The translations under genes and the position numbers were made by a program. A DNA stretch of 64,000 nucleotides from Reclinomonas americana ATCC 50394 (Eukaryota), in assembly GCA_048213135.1 (NCBI GenBank), contig PS015009.1, forward strand, positions 1 to 64,000, written 5' to 3'. A model generated the notes under the pieces. The model did not search any database. It saw only the letters and a list, made by a program, of their open reading frames with translations, and was not told where the DNA came from. Below are positions 29,127 through 40,157 of this stretch, piece after piece (position 1 is the stretch's first letter; the number at the start of each line of letters is the position of its first letter).

Positions 29127-30992
29127 TTACTTCAACAACTCCAGCACTACCGTCTTATACGATCCCAGTTTAAAATCTTTCAGCGGTCCCCGTTCTTTAG
29201 TGATCACATCTTTGTATGTTGTAAATTCATTGATGCGTTCTGCGAATTTATTGATGCTGATTGTCTTTTCTTCTTTGGCGGTATTCATCGCTACCATAAT
29301 GGTTTGTTCACCGGTATACCGGAAGTAAACATACACACCGTCTTCAGGCAAAAATTGCATGAACTTTCCTTTGGTAAGCGCCGGTGACGCTTTCCGGAAA
29401 TTGGCCAGTGTAGCGAGGAGTTGGTATACTTCCTGGTCTTTGGCTGTTCTGCCTTCGATGGTGAATTTATTGACAGCATCGCCTTTCCATCCGCCGGGGA
29501 AATCGAGGCGCACATAACCATCATTCGGACTGGTGGTGCCCGGTGTAACGATTTCATCGCCGTAGTATATCTGCGGAATACCGCGGCAGGTCATCAGCCA
29601 GCACAAAGCGGATTTGTATTTATCCATGTTCTCATTTACCACGGAGTAAAAACGGGCTATATCATGATTATCTAGAAAGATCACATTGCGGGTAGGGTCT
29701 TTATACACGAAATCCTGCGCCAGTGTGGTGTACAGGCGGTTAACGCCATCCGTCCAGCCGAAGTCTTTCGTCATGGCATCGGTTATTCCCCACAGCGTTT
29801 GAAAATCCGTTACGGCCTGCAGGTTACTTTTATAAGGGATGTTGTAATTATTCTGGCAGAAATAACTCTGGTTCGGAACACCATGCACCCAGGTCTCACC
29901 AAACAAAGTGATCTGTGGATATTCATCCATCAGCGCCTGGTTACAGCGGTTCATAAAAGCGAGGTCATTGTATGCATAAGTATCGATACGCCAGCCGTCG
30001 ATGCCAAATTCTTCCACAGCCCAAAGGGCATTCTGTATAAGAAAATTCGCCACAAAAGGATTGGTTTGGTTCAGGTCGGGCATTTGTTCGGTGAACCATC
30101 CGTCCGACATCCGCTTCCTGTCGCGGTTGCTGGCATAAGGATCAAAAAGTACCTGGTCTTTATAATTGGTATTCGTATAACTGCTCCACTGGTTGAGCCA
30201 GTCTTTCATGGGCAGGTCCTGTACAGTAAAATGATAAAGGCCTACGTGGTTATACACGGCGTCCTGTATAATTTTCAGTCCCTTGCCATGCGCAGCCTCC
30301 ACCAGGTTCCGGTAAGCATCGTTGCCACCCAGGCGCGGGTCAACCTTATAGTGATCGGTAAATGCATATCCATGTTCGGTGCGGTTGGGCATATCGTTTT
30401 CCCAAACCGGGTTCAGCCAGATGCTGGTGACGCCCAGTTGCTTTAAATAATCGAGATGATTTTGTACACCTTTCAGATCGCCCCCATGCCGGTTGAATAC
30501 CGTGTCGCGGCGCAGCGTCTGGTCACGCATACCGGGTATGCGGTCATTGCTTTCATCGCCGTTGCTGAAACGGTCGGGCATGATGAGGTAAATAAAATCG
30601 GAGGAGGTAACGCCCTGTGCATAACTATTGCCTTTACCATTACGGCGGGCTTTGAGTTCAAAAGGAATGGAGAAATTTTCGCCGGCAACAATGGTGTTGA
30701 AATTGAACCTGAGCTGCTGCGGTTTTGCTTTCGGACTGATGAGGATGTCGAGGAAAAGGTAATTATGATTCTCCACGTGCGACACTTTCACAATGCTTAC
30801 ATCTTTAGAAGAAGAGCTTACCGATATTTTATCCGGAAAAAGAAAACCGTTCTGTGCCCTGCACATGAGCTGTACCTTATTCCATTTCATACCCGGCCAC
30901 CAGTGTGCGGGGTAGCATTGGTAATTGGGCAATTGGGCGAATGAAAAAAAGACCTGCACCAATAATACAGCAGTCAGCAAAATACCTTTCAT
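29127..30992 (-). CDS. GH13 neopullulanase/cyclomaltodextrinase (SusA-like)
   Basis: PAHWW N-domain; MPDRFSNGD, HGGDLKG, GWRIDT, GETW and LDNHD motifs; start at MKGILLTAV. Confidence 0.92.
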   Translation of the reverse strand: MKGILLTAVLLVQVFFSFAQLPNYQCYPAHWWPGMKWNKVQLMCRAQNGFLFPDKISVSSSSKDVSIVKVSHVENHNYLFLDILISPKAKPQQLRFNFNTIVAGENFSIPFELKARRNGKGNSYAQGVTSSDFIYLIMPDRFSNGDESNDRIPGMRDQTLRRDTVFNRHGGDLKGVQNHLDYLKQLGVTSIWLNPVWENDMPNRTEHGYAFTDHYKVDPRLGGNDAYRNLVEAAHGKGLKIIQDAVYNHVGLYHFTVQDLPMKDWLNQWSSYTNTNYKDQVLFDPYASNRDRKRMSDGWFTEQMPDLNQTNPFVANFLIQNALWAVEEFGIDGWRIDTYAYNDLAFMNRCNQALMDEYPQITLFGETWVHGVPNQSYFCQNNYNIPYKSNLQAVTDFQTLWGITDAMTKDFGWTDGVNRLYTTLAQDFVYKDPTRNVIFLDNHDIARFYSVVNENMDKYKSALCWLMTCRGIPQIYYGDEIVTPGTTSPNDGYVRLDFPGGWKGDAVNKFTIEGRTAKDQEVYQLLATLANFRKASPALTKGKFMQFLPEDGVYVYFRYTGEQTIMVAMNTAKEEKTISINKFAERINEFTTYKDVITKERGPLKDFKLGSYKTVVLELLK

Positions 30993-30994
30993 AA

Positions 30995-32335
30995 TTAGTC
31001 TCTTTCTTTGATGAGGAAATAACAAATAAGTGCAGCAATCACCATTAGTCCGCCACCTATCTGCACAGCTGCCAGCCTGTCGTTATTCAGTACATTTTTC
31101 ATGATCCAGCCAAAGCCAAGAGAGGCAATGATCTCCGGCAGCACAATAAAGAAGTTAAAAATACCCATGTATACACCGATCTTATTTTCCGGCAACACCT
31201 TACTCAACATGGCATAAGGCATAGAGAGAATGCTTGCCCATGCAATACCCACACCTGTCATACAACCCAGGAGCATATACTTATTGGTTACAAACGCGAC
31301 ACTGATTAATCCTATGGCACCGGCAAGAAGGCATACACTATGCGTCAGTTTCCTGCCCAGTTTTTTCGCGATGAAAGGGAGGATGAAAGCAAAAAGAAAA
31401 GTGACCACATTATAAAAGGCTAGTGTAAGCCCGCCGAAGTTGGTGCCTTCACCATACAGGGGATCGGTTTCACTGGTGGCACCAAATACATTCCTCGCCA
31501 CCGCGGTATTATAATAAAACCACATCAGGAAAAGGCCGGGCCAGGTAAAGAATTGAACCAGCGATAAGATTTTCATCCGCTGCGGCATATTCCGGATAGC
31601 GTCAAGTATTTCTTTGATACCGCCGCCGAATCCTTTATTGGATTCCGTTACCTTTTCTTTGAAGCTCACACCTGAAGGCGGGTATTCCTTCGATGTAAAT
31701 ACGGTATAGAACACGGCAGCAAGAAAAAAGAAAGCCCCGATATAAAAACTCCATTTTACATTATCGGGTATAACTCCGGCTGCAGCGGTATTGCTGAGGT
31801 GGAACCAGTTCGTCATCAGCCACGGAAGTGCTGAAGCAATGCTGCCTCCTAATCCTATCATCAGGCTTTGCATAACAAAACCCTGTGTTCTTTGTTCATC
31901 GTTAAGTTTATCGGCAACAAAAGCACGGAAAGGCTCCATCGCCACATTACCAAATACATCCATAATCCAAAGGAGGCCCGCAGCCATCCACAAAGCACTG
32001 CTGTGCGGCATGAATACCAATGCTATGGTGCTCATGATGGCGCCTATCATAAAATAAGGTCTTCTTCTTCCCCACTTCGGATGCCATGTTCTGTCGCTCA
32101 TATACCCAATGATCGGTTGCACGATCAGACCTGTAAGCGGGGCGGCGAGAAAAAGAAAGGGAATCTCGTCGGCATTGGCGTGCAGGTGCTCGTATATAGG
32201 TCCCATATTGGCACGCTGAAGATCCCATCCAAACTGGATGCCGAAGAATCCTACACTCATATTAATGATCTGGGAAAGACTGAGCCGGGGTTTTACCTGC
32301 TGGGTTTCCAGGTGTTCCGTAATAACATCTGACAT
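30995..32335 (-). CDS. MFS sugar transporter (SLC45/maltose-sucrose type)
   Basis: GFFGIQFGW, QPIIGYMSDRT..GRRRPY and GVYMGIFNFFI motifs. Confidence 0.92.
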   Translation of the reverse strand: MSDVITEHLETQQVKPRLSLSQIINMSVGFFGIQFGWDLQRANMGPIYEHLHANADEIPFLFLAAPLTGLIVQPIIGYMSDRTWHPKWGRRRPYFMIGAIMSTIALVFMPHSSALWMAAGLLWIMDVFGNVAMEPFRAFVADKLNDEQRTQGFVMQSLMIGLGGSIASALPWLMTNWFHLSNTAAAGVIPDNVKWSFYIGAFFFLAAVFYTVFTSKEYPPSGVSFKEKVTESNKGFGGGIKEILDAIRNMPQRMKILSLVQFFTWPGLFLMWFYYNTAVARNVFGATSETDPLYGEGTNFGGLTLAFYNVVTFLFAFILPFIAKKLGRKLTHSVCLLAGAIGLISVAFVTNKYMLLGCMTGVGIAWASILSMPYAMLSKVLPENKIGVYMGIFNFFIVLPEIIASLGFGWIMKNVLNNDRLAAVQIGGGLMVIAALICYFLIKERD

Positions 32336-32357
32336 AGCAATCGTTTAGTTGATTTTC

Positions 32358-32372
32358 GTGTAAAAAGTACAC
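32358..32372. promoter_or_regulatory. NrtR-type palindromic operator upstream of the MFS-GH13-pulA arm
   Basis: GTGTAAAAAGTACAC, the exact reverse complement of the site at 37101-37115. Confidence 0.7.
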
Positions 32373-32537
32373 TTTATAAAAATACGATAAAAAACAAGTT
32401 AACCAAGTTTTTGTAAAAATAGCCGTTTTGCCCGTCCACACCACGTTACAAGGGATGTTAATAACCCTCCGGAAACGCCTCCCGTCCCGTATTAATGTGT
32501 ACTTTTTATCAACATTTTTTGTAGAACCGGAATTAAT

Positions 32538-32552
32538 GTGTTTAATTTACAC
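32538..32552. promoter_or_regulatory. NrtR-type operator upstream of the amylase-nrtR arm
   Basis: GTGTTTAATTTACAC within TTAATGTG..CACATTAA; a partial site GTGTACTTTTTA lies at 32497-32508. Confidence 0.65.
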
Positions 32553-32567
32553 ATTAAATTTTGCTAT

Positions 32568-35500
32568 ATGAGGAAAGCACTGCTTTTTCTGGGTATCGTT
32601 ATTTCCCTTGGTACCCGGGCACAGTTACTGAGCTGGACGCCCGAATTTCCGCAGGACAACTCCACCATCGTTATTACTGTTGACGCCTCCAAAGGCAACC
32701 AGGGACTATTCAACTATGCCAATCCCAATAATATATATGTGCATTGCGGAGTTACCACCAACCTCAGCAATAATGGCGGCCAGCAATGGTTGTACGTAAA
32801 CGGCAGTACCGGCGGCAGTTGGGGCAGCGCTACGCCTGCGCTCAAAGCCACTTCACTTGGCAATAATAAATACCAGTATACCATTACCAATATCCGCAGC
32901 TTCTTTGGTGTGCCCGCGGGGGAAACGATCAAAAAAGTCGGTATCCTTTTCCGCGACGCGAACGCTGATCCGGCGCAGGTAAAAAAACAGGCCAACAGCG
33001 ACGGCAGCGATATGTATATCCCCATATACAATACCGTACAGGATACCTTCATCCGCTTTAACCAGCCGTTCTTTGAACCCCGCTTCACGCCTTACCTGGA
33101 GCCCATCAATGTAACCATCGGGCAAAACGTGCCCACTACGTTTGTAAGTTCGGCTCCCGGCGATCTGAAAATGTTCCTCAATGGTGTACAGGTGACATCC
33201 AACACCAACAGTTCCTCACTCTCCGGTACACCCACCATATCTGTTGCAGGCAACCAGGTGATCAGGGCAGAGTATACATTCAACAATACTTTCCGTAAAG
33301 ATTCGGTACAGTTCCTCGTTACTTCAACACCACCGTCAGCCCCGCTGCCGGCGAATGTGAAGGAAGGCATCAACTATGATCCCAATAATACTTCTGTAAC
33401 ACTGGTTTTATATGCTCCGCAGAAATCGGATGTATACGTGATCGGCGATTTCAATAACTGGCAGCCACTGCTCAGTTACCAGATGAATAAAACACCCGAC
33501 GGAAAATATTTCTGGAAAACGATAACAGGACTTACTGCCGGGCAGGAATATGCCTACCAGTATTTTATCGACAACAGCATACGCGTGGCAGATCCTTATG
33601 CACAAAAGATCCTGGACCCGGGCCAGTACGGCGATGTGCAGATCGACAACGTTACTTATCCCAACCTGAAACCTTACCCCACCGGCAAAACAACCGAGAT
33701 TGTAAGTGTACTGCAAACAGCGGAACCCCAGTACAACTGGCAGGTGACCAATTTCAGCAAACCTGAAAAAAAGAACCTGATCATTTATGAAACACTCGTG
33801 AGGGACCTGCTGGCAGCGCACAACTGGCAAACGCTGATCGATACCATCAATTATATCAAAAGACTCAACATCAATGCCATTGAACTGATGCCTTTCAGCG
33901 AATTTGAGAACAACGACAGCTGGGGCTACAATCCTACTTTTTATATGGCGCCGGATAAATACTACGGCACCAAGAATAAACTGAAAGAATTTATCGATAC
34001 CTGTCACAAGAACGGTATCGCTGTGATCATGGACATCGTGTTCAACCACGAGTTCGGACAGGGCCCGCATGCCCGCATGTACTGGAACAGCGCACAAAAC
34101 CAGCCCGCGGCCAACAATCCCTGGCTCAACCCTACAGCCACGCACCCTTTCAGTGTTGGTTATGATTTCAACCACGAATCCAATGACACCAAATATTATG
34201 TACAGCGTACGATCGAACACTGGATCAATGAGTACAAAATAGATGGTTTCCGTTTTGACCTGTCGAAAGGTTTCACACAAAAAGTGACAACGAATGTGAA
34301 CGACTGGAGTGCTTATGACGCCAGTCGTATCGCCATCTGGAAAAGATATGCCGACAGTGTTTGGAAATATTCACCATCCACCTATATGATCCTCGAGCAC
34401 TTCGCGGTACAACAGGAGGATAAAGAGCTGGCCGATTATGGTTTCCTTATGTGGGGGAATGTGAACAGCCAGTATAACCAGAATACGATGGGTTACAGTT
34501 CCAATGCCGACATCAGCAGCGTGGTGTATAACCATGCCTCCCGCCAGTTTGCACAACCCAACCTGATCGGCTACATGGAAAGTCATGATGAAGAAAGGCT
34601 CATGTACAAGAATGTGACCTATGGCAATTCATCAGGCTCTTATAATGTGAAAGATGTTCCTACCGCGCTGAAACGCATGGAAGCCGCAGCGGCACTGTTG
34701 TACACCATTCCGGGTCCGAAGATGCTGTACGAGATGGGAGAACTGGGCTATGATCTTTCCATCAATACCTGCACCGATGGTACGCTACCTTCAACAGACG
34801 AGTGCCGCACTGCACGCAAACCTTTCCGCTGGAATTATTATCAGGATCCCAACCGCAAACAATTGTATGATGTGGTGGGTAAGATCATCGGCCTGAGGCG
34901 CAGTCTCCCTGCTACCTTCAACAGCAGCAACTTTACTTATAACTTCGGTTCGCTGGTTAAATCTTTCCAGATCACCGATCCCAGCCGCAGCATAACTGTG
35001 ATCGCCAATTTTGACGTGACCACGCAGAACATATCCGTTACATTCCAGAATGCCGGCACCTGGACAGACTACCTTACCAATGCCAGTATTACAGCTACCG
35101 GTAACGCACAAACGATATCGCTGCAGCCCGGAGAATACCACATCTACCTGAATACACCTGCCTGTACTACAGCGGCGCCAACCGCCACAACCGCCATCAG
35201 CTATTGTCAGAATGCGGCAGCCACTGCGCTTACTGCTACAGGCTCTAACCTGCTTTGGTACACCACCTTAACAGGCGGCACCGGAACCACTACTGCTCCT
35301 GTTCCATCCACAGCAGCAGCAGGCACAACAACCTATTATGTAACACAAACGATAGGTTGCGAAAGCACACGCCTGCCCATAGTGGTAACCGTTAACCCGC
35401 TTACCGTGGCGCCGACCGTTACCAGCCCGGTTACTTACTGCCGCAATGCAACGGCCACAGCGCTGACCGCTACCGGCAATGGCCTGCTCTGGTACAATGC

Positions 35501-36197
35501 CTCCACCGGCGGAACCGGTTCTGCTACAGCCCCCGTTCCTGTAACCAGCGCAGCAGGCAGTTTTAATTTTTATGTAAGCCAGTCCGGCACCTGCGGTGAA
35601 AGTCCGCGTGCCCTCATTACCGTAACCGTATCGCCAACACCCGCAGCACCATCAGGTCTGAATGCCAACGCCACCGCGAACAGTGCGGTACTGACATGGA
35701 CAGGTGTAACCGGCGTTTATTATACCATTGAATACAAAGCCGCTTCATCGGCCAACTGGACCGTTGCCGCTACTGCCATCACCGGCAATACCGCCACCAT
35801 CAGCAGCCTTACCCCTGCCACCGATTATGACTGGAGGGTGAGTGCCAACTGCGGTACTTTTGCGGCAAACAATTACAGCACCGCCGTTTTCACTACACTG
35901 GCGGTTTCCAACACTATACCCAATACCAGGGATGGCCTGGGTATAAGAGTTACGCCAAATCCGGCGGGCAGCCAGGCATGGATTGATTATATACTGCCGG
36001 GCAATGGCCGTTTTTCGATTGTACTGCTGAATGCGCAGGGACAGAAGATCAGCACCATCCTCTACAACAGCATACAAACACGCGGCAGGTACCAGTACGA
36101 TTTCAGCAGGCACCTGCAGCGACTGGCACCGGGCATGTATTTCCTGCGCCTGGAGCAGGATGGCAAGAAGAATTTCGCGAAATTTGTAAAATATTGA
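32568..36197 (+). CDS. Multidomain GH13 alpha-amylase-family enzyme, T9SS-secreted (CBM48, GH13, two Ig-like domains, FN3, CTD)
   Basis: WGYNP, VFNH, DGFRFDLSKG and MESHDEER motifs; two YCQN/YCRN..TATG..LLWY Ig repeats; CTD TPNPA..GMYFLRL; start at MRKALLF. Confidence 0.9.
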   Translation: MRKALLFLGIVISLGTRAQLLSWTPEFPQDNSTIVITVDASKGNQGLFNYANPNNIYVHCGVTTNLSNNGGQQWLYVNGSTGGSWGSATPALKATSLGNNKYQYTITNIRSFFGVPAGETIKKVGILFRDANADPAQVKKQANSDGSDMYIPIYNTVQDTFIRFNQPFFEPRFTPYLEPINVTIGQNVPTTFVSSAPGDLKMFLNGVQVTSNTNSSSLSGTPTISVAGNQVIRAEYTFNNTFRKDSVQFLVTSTPPSAPLPANVKEGINYDPNNTSVTLVLYAPQKSDVYVIGDFNNWQPLLSYQMNKTPDGKYFWKTITGLTAGQEYAYQYFIDNSIRVADPYAQKILDPGQYGDVQIDNVTYPNLKPYPTGKTTEIVSVLQTAEPQYNWQVTNFSKPEKKNLIIYETLVRDLLAAHNWQTLIDTINYIKRLNINAIELMPFSEFENNDSWGYNPTFYMAPDKYYGTKNKLKEFIDTCHKNGIAVIMDIVFNHEFGQGPHARMYWNSAQNQPAANNPWLNPTATHPFSVGYDFNHESNDTKYYVQRTIEHWINEYKIDGFRFDLSKGFTQKVTTNVNDWSAYDASRIAIWKRYADSVWKYSPSTYMILEHFAVQQEDKELADYGFLMWGNVNSQYNQNTMGYSSNADISSVVYNHASRQFAQPNLIGYMESHDEERLMYKNVTYGNSSGSYNVKDVPTALKRMEAAAALLYTIPGPKMLYEMGELGYDLSINTCTDGTLPSTDECRTARKPFRWNYYQDPNRKQLYDVVGKIIGLRRSLPATFNSSNFTYNFGSLVKSFQITDPSRSITVIANFDVTTQNISVTFQNAGTWTDYLTNASITATGNAQTISLQPGEYHIYLNTPACTTAAPTATTAISYCQNAAATALTATGSNLLWYTTLTGGTGTTTAPVPSTAAAGTTTYYVTQTIGCESTRLPIVVTVNPLTVAPTVTSPVTYCRNATATALTATGNGLLWYNASTGGTGSATAPVPVTSAAGSFNFYVSQSGTCGESPRALITVTVSPTPAAPSGLNANATANSAVLTWTGVTGVYYTIEYKAASSANWTVAATAITGNTATISSLTPATDYDWRVSANCGTFAANNYSTAVFTTLAVSNTIPNTRDGLGIRVTPNPAGSQAWIDYILPGNGRFSIVLLNAQGQKISTILYNSIQTRGRYQYDFSRHLQRLAPGMYFLRLEQDGKKNFAKFVKY

Positions 36198-36221
36198 TTG
36201 CACACCCTTAACGATTGACTT

Positions 36222-36962
36222 ATGGCAACCACATCTCTTGAGAAACAGACCAAACAGGTAAAAACACTGAACACCATACAAACCGAGGTGCAGAACAGCA
36301 ACGGCATTGCATTGTCGGTAGACTGCGTCATTTTCGGTTTTGACGAGAATAAACTGAAAGTGCTCCTCATCCGCAGTGACCTGAAAAAATTCCAGGGCAA
36401 ATGGTCCCTGCTGGGCGACCTGGTAAAACCCAATGAAGACCTCGACGCCGCCGCCTACCGGATACTGAAACAGCGTACCGGCTTAAGCGACGTCTACCTG
36501 GAACAGATCCACACCTTTGGCGCTGTAAGCAGGCACCCGGCGGGCCGCGTGGTTACCGTAGCCTATTGCTCCCTCATTAATGTGCAGCACCATCGCCTGA
36601 AAATACTTGACAACGAACTGCACTGGCATGATGTACAGAACATTACCGAGCTGGCCTTCGACCACCAGCAGATCTTCAGCACCTGTTACCAGCACCTGCA
36701 GAAAAGGATACAGGAGCACCCGCTTGGCTTCAATCTTCTGCCTAAGAAGTTCTCCCTGAGGGACTTGCAAAATCTCTATGAAGCCATCCTGGATACCAAA
36801 ATGGACCGGCGGAATTTCAGGAAGAAATTCTTCACCATGGACTTCCTGATCGACCTGGATGAAATGGAGCAGGACGTACCTCACCGGCCCGGTAAATTGT
36901 ACAAATTCAACTACGATAAATACGAAAAGAAAAAGAAAAAATGGGTGGGGATAGATTTTTAA
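36222..36962 (+). CDS. NrtR-family (Nudix plus wHTH) transcriptional regulator
   Basis: SVDCVIFGF, WSLLGD, LEQIHTFG..RHP.GRV and LAFDH motifs; wHTH LYEAIL..DRRNFRKK..RPGKLY. Confidence 0.92.
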   Translation: MATTSLEKQTKQVKTLNTIQTEVQNSNGIALSVDCVIFGFDENKLKVLLIRSDLKKFQGKWSLLGDLVKPNEDLDAAAYRILKQRTGLSDVYLEQIHTFGAVSRHPAGRVVTVAYCSLINVQHHRLKILDNELHWHDVQNITELAFDHQQIFSTCYQHLQKRIQEHPLGFNLLPKKFSLRDLQNLYEAILDTKMDRRNFRKKFFTMDFLIDLDEMEQDVPHRPGKLYKFNYDKYEKKKKKWVGIDF

Positions 36963-37100
36963 GATCCCATGCAACACATCGCTGGTAAAATCCGTCTGAA
37001 TACAGTCCCACAGCCCGTTAAGGCCGAAAAATAAAACCCCGAAAAAAACCTGAACAAAAGTTTTATTTTATTAAAAATACACATACCTTACATCGCTTTC

Positions 37101-37115
37101 GTGTACTTTTTACAC
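37101..37115. promoter_or_regulatory. NrtR-type operator upstream of susC
   Basis: GTGTACTTTTTACAC, 44 bp before the susC ATG. Confidence 0.7.
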
Positions 37116-37159
37116 ATTGCGAGAAAAATTGCAAAATCTAAAAAAGAAACACTTGCTTT

Positions 37160-40132
37160 ATGAGAAAAATTTCCCGGATTTTAGTGGTTTCGTTTGTGCT
37201 GGTGCTGCTCTCCGTTGCGGCCTTTGCACAAAACGTAGTTACCGGTAAAGTGACCGACACCAAAGACGGCACACCGGTTTCAGGTGTTACAGTAACAGTC
37301 AGGGGCACCAGAACTGCCGTTCAGACTGCTGCCGACGGCACATTTAAAATCAATGCTCCCGCAGGAGCCACACTCGTTTTTACTTCAGTAGGTTTCGCCA
37401 CACAACAGGCAACTGTTGGGTCGGGCGCTGTTGAAGTGGGACTGACGCAGGCCAACCAGCAGTTGAATGAAGTGGTGGTGGTAGCTTATGGGTCGAGGCG
37501 CAAAGGCGATCTGACCGGTGCTGTTACAGCCATTACTGCCAAAGATTTCCAGAAAGGTAATATCGCTTCCGCTGAGCAGTTGCTCCAGGGCAAAGTTGCC
37601 GGTCTGCAGATCACCAGCGGCGGCGGTACACCCGGCGGTGGCAGTCGTCTCCGCATCAGGGGCACATCATCACTGAATGCCAGCAACGATCCGCTGGTTG
37701 TAATTGATGGCGTTCCTGTTGAAGGCAACGGCATCAATGGCGGCGGTAACCTGCTGAACACCATCAACCCGAACGACATTGAATCCATGACCGTGCTGAA
37801 AGACGCTTCTGCAACAGCGCTGTACGGTTCAAGGGCAACCAATGGCGTATTGATCATCACCACTAAAAAAGGATCGAAAGGGAAGATCAGGTATAACTTC
37901 AACACCAATCTTTCCCTGGGTACCGTCGCTCAGAAAGTAGACGTATACACCGGCGACGAGATCAGGGCCATCATCAATGCGGATGCCGTTAAAACCGGTA
38001 ACAACGGATATAAGAACCTGATGGGCACCGCCAATACGGACTGGCAGGATGAGATCTACAGGCCTGCTTTCGGCTGGGACAATAACCTCAGCGCTTCAGG
38101 CTCCATTGGACAGGTACTCCCCTTCCGTGTTTCGGCAGGATACCTTACACAGGATGGTATTGTTCTTACCGACAAATTCAACAGGGCTTCACTGGGACTG
38201 AACCTGTCGCCCAAATTACTGAACGACCATCTCTCCGTTAATTTCAACTTCAAATACGCCAACACCAAATACAACCACGCCAACGGCGATGCTGTAGGCG
38301 CTGCTGCTTCTTTTGATCCTACACAGGACATTCATGGCAACAATAAGTTTGGTGGTTATTTTGAATGGCTCGACGGTGGTGGCAGCCCGGTGGGTAACAA
38401 TGGTAATGCTACCAACCCCAACCCACTGAGCCTGCTTAAATTCAGGAGCAACAAAGAAACCATCAACAGGGTACTTACAAACATACAGCTCGATTATAAA
38501 CTGCACTTCTTCCCCGATCTGCATGTGCTGCTGAACCTGGGTATCGACGCCACTTCACAGAAAGGCAATGATAATATCGACTCCATCCTGGTAACCAACC
38601 AGACTACAGCCGGTCGTTATACAGAATATAAACAGAAAAAGCAGAACGTACTGGCTGATATATTCCTGTCCTATACAAAAGAACTGAAAAGCATCAAGAG
38701 TAAATTCGATGTGCTGATCGGTCACAGTTACCAGGACTTCGAAACAGATGTATACAACTTCGCATCCTACAGCCAGGCAGGTAAACTGATTGCCGGTACT
38801 ACACCAACATTCGCTACCGACAAACAACAGAACAGGCTGGAATCTTATCTCGGCAGGATCAACTACTCTTACGATAATAAGTACCTGCTGACCGCTTCGC
38901 TCCGCAGGGACGCCAGCTCCCGTTTCGCCAAGGAATTCCGTGTAGGTTATTTCCCTGCCGTAGCCGTGGCCTGGAAAATGAAAGATGATTTCTTTAAGAA
39001 CAGTCATATCGTATCTGACCTGAAACTCCGTATAGGCTGGGGTCAGACCGGTCAGCAGGACGGTATCGGCAACTATGGTTACATGACCAATTATGGCCAA
39101 AGTACTTCTACCGCTCAATACCAGTTCGGCAACAACTTCTATTATTTCTACCGCCCCGCAGCTTATTATCCCAAGCTGAAATGGGAAACCACTACCACGC
39201 AGAACATCGGTCTTGATTTCGCTTTCCTGAACAACAGGATCAGCGGTTCCATCGATGGTTACATCAAGAAGACAAAAGACCTGCTGAGCGTGGTTGACCA
39301 AGCTCCGGGACAGAACTTCGATATCAGCCTGCTGAAAAACGTAGGTACCATGGACAATAAGGGTATTGAATTCACCCTTAACACATCACTGATCAAAAAA
39401 CGCGACCTGACCTGGGACTTTGGTTTCAACGTAACCTGGCAGAAAGTGGAGATCACCAAGCTGAACGACATCTATGATCCGGCATTCATCGGTATCACAC
39501 AAAGCGGCATCAGCGGCGGTACCAGCAACTCCGTTGGTATTCACCAGGTAGGTTATGCTCCTTTTACTTACTATGTAAACCAGCAGGTATATGATCCCGC
39601 TACCGGCATGCCTATTGAAGGTTTGTATGAAGACATCAACAGGGATGGAGTTCCTGACGACAGGTACTACTACAGCAAAAACCCTGCTCCAAGCGTAATG
39701 TATGGCATCAACACCCAGGTGAACTATAAAAAATGGTTCCTTGGACTGGCTGCCCACGGCGCTGTTGACAACTATGTATACAACAACTTCGCTTCCAGGG
39801 CCGGTTTCCTGAATGCTATCCAGAATGGCTCGGTGATCACCAACGGTTCACGCAGTTATTCAGAAACAGGTTTCAGGAATGCGCAATACCTGTCTGACAT
39901 CTACCTGGAAAATGCATCCTTCTTCCGTTTAGATAATATCAACATTGGTTATAACTTTGGTAAATTCTACCGCAATAAAGCCAGCCTGCGTTTAGGGGCC
40001 AGTGTTCAGAATGTATTTGTGATCACCAAATACAAAGGCCTCGATCCCGAAAACTCTTCCAGCACCGGTGTAGACAATACCATCTACCCAAGGCCAAGGG
40101 TATTCTCATTCACCGCCAATATTGATTTTTAA
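37160..40132 (+). CDS. susC: SusC/RagA TonB-dependent transporter
   Basis: LNEVVVVAYG, IRGTSS..NDPLVVIDG, LKDASATALYGSRATNGV and LKWETT motifs; C-terminal Phe. Confidence 0.97.
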   Translation: MRKISRILVVSFVLVLLSVAAFAQNVVTGKVTDTKDGTPVSGVTVTVRGTRTAVQTAADGTFKINAPAGATLVFTSVGFATQQATVGSGAVEVGLTQANQQLNEVVVVAYGSRRKGDLTGAVTAITAKDFQKGNIASAEQLLQGKVAGLQITSGGGTPGGGSRLRIRGTSSLNASNDPLVVIDGVPVEGNGINGGGNLLNTINPNDIESMTVLKDASATALYGSRATNGVLIITTKKGSKGKIRYNFNTNLSLGTVAQKVDVYTGDEIRAIINADAVKTGNNGYKNLMGTANTDWQDEIYRPAFGWDNNLSASGSIGQVLPFRVSAGYLTQDGIVLTDKFNRASLGLNLSPKLLNDHLSVNFNFKYANTKYNHANGDAVGAAASFDPTQDIHGNNKFGGYFEWLDGGGSPVGNNGNATNPNPLSLLKFRSNKETINRVLTNIQLDYKLHFFPDLHVLLNLGIDATSQKGNDNIDSILVTNQTTAGRYTEYKQKKQNVLADIFLSYTKELKSIKSKFDVLIGHSYQDFETDVYNFASYSQAGKLIAGTTPTFATDKQQNRLESYLGRINYSYDNKYLLTASLRRDASSRFAKEFRVGYFPAVAVAWKMKDDFFKNSHIVSDLKLRIGWGQTGQQDGIGNYGYMTNYGQSTSTAQYQFGNNFYYFYRPAAYYPKLKWETTTTQNIGLDFAFLNNRISGSIDGYIKKTKDLLSVVDQAPGQNFDISLLKNVGTMDNKGIEFTLNTSLIKKRDLTWDFGFNVTWQKVEITKLNDIYDPAFIGITQSGISGGTSNSVGIHQVGYAPFTYYVNQQVYDPATGMPIEGLYEDINRDGVPDDRYYYSKNPAPSVMYGINTQVNYKKWFLGLAAHGAVDNYVYNNFASRAGFLNAIQNGSVITNGSRSYSETGFRNAQYLSDIYLENASFFRLDNINIGYNFGKFYRNKASLRLGASVQNVFVITKYKGLDPENSSSTGVDNTIYPRPRVFSFTANIDF

Positions 40133-40157
40133 GTTATAACACAACAAATAAGCTATT

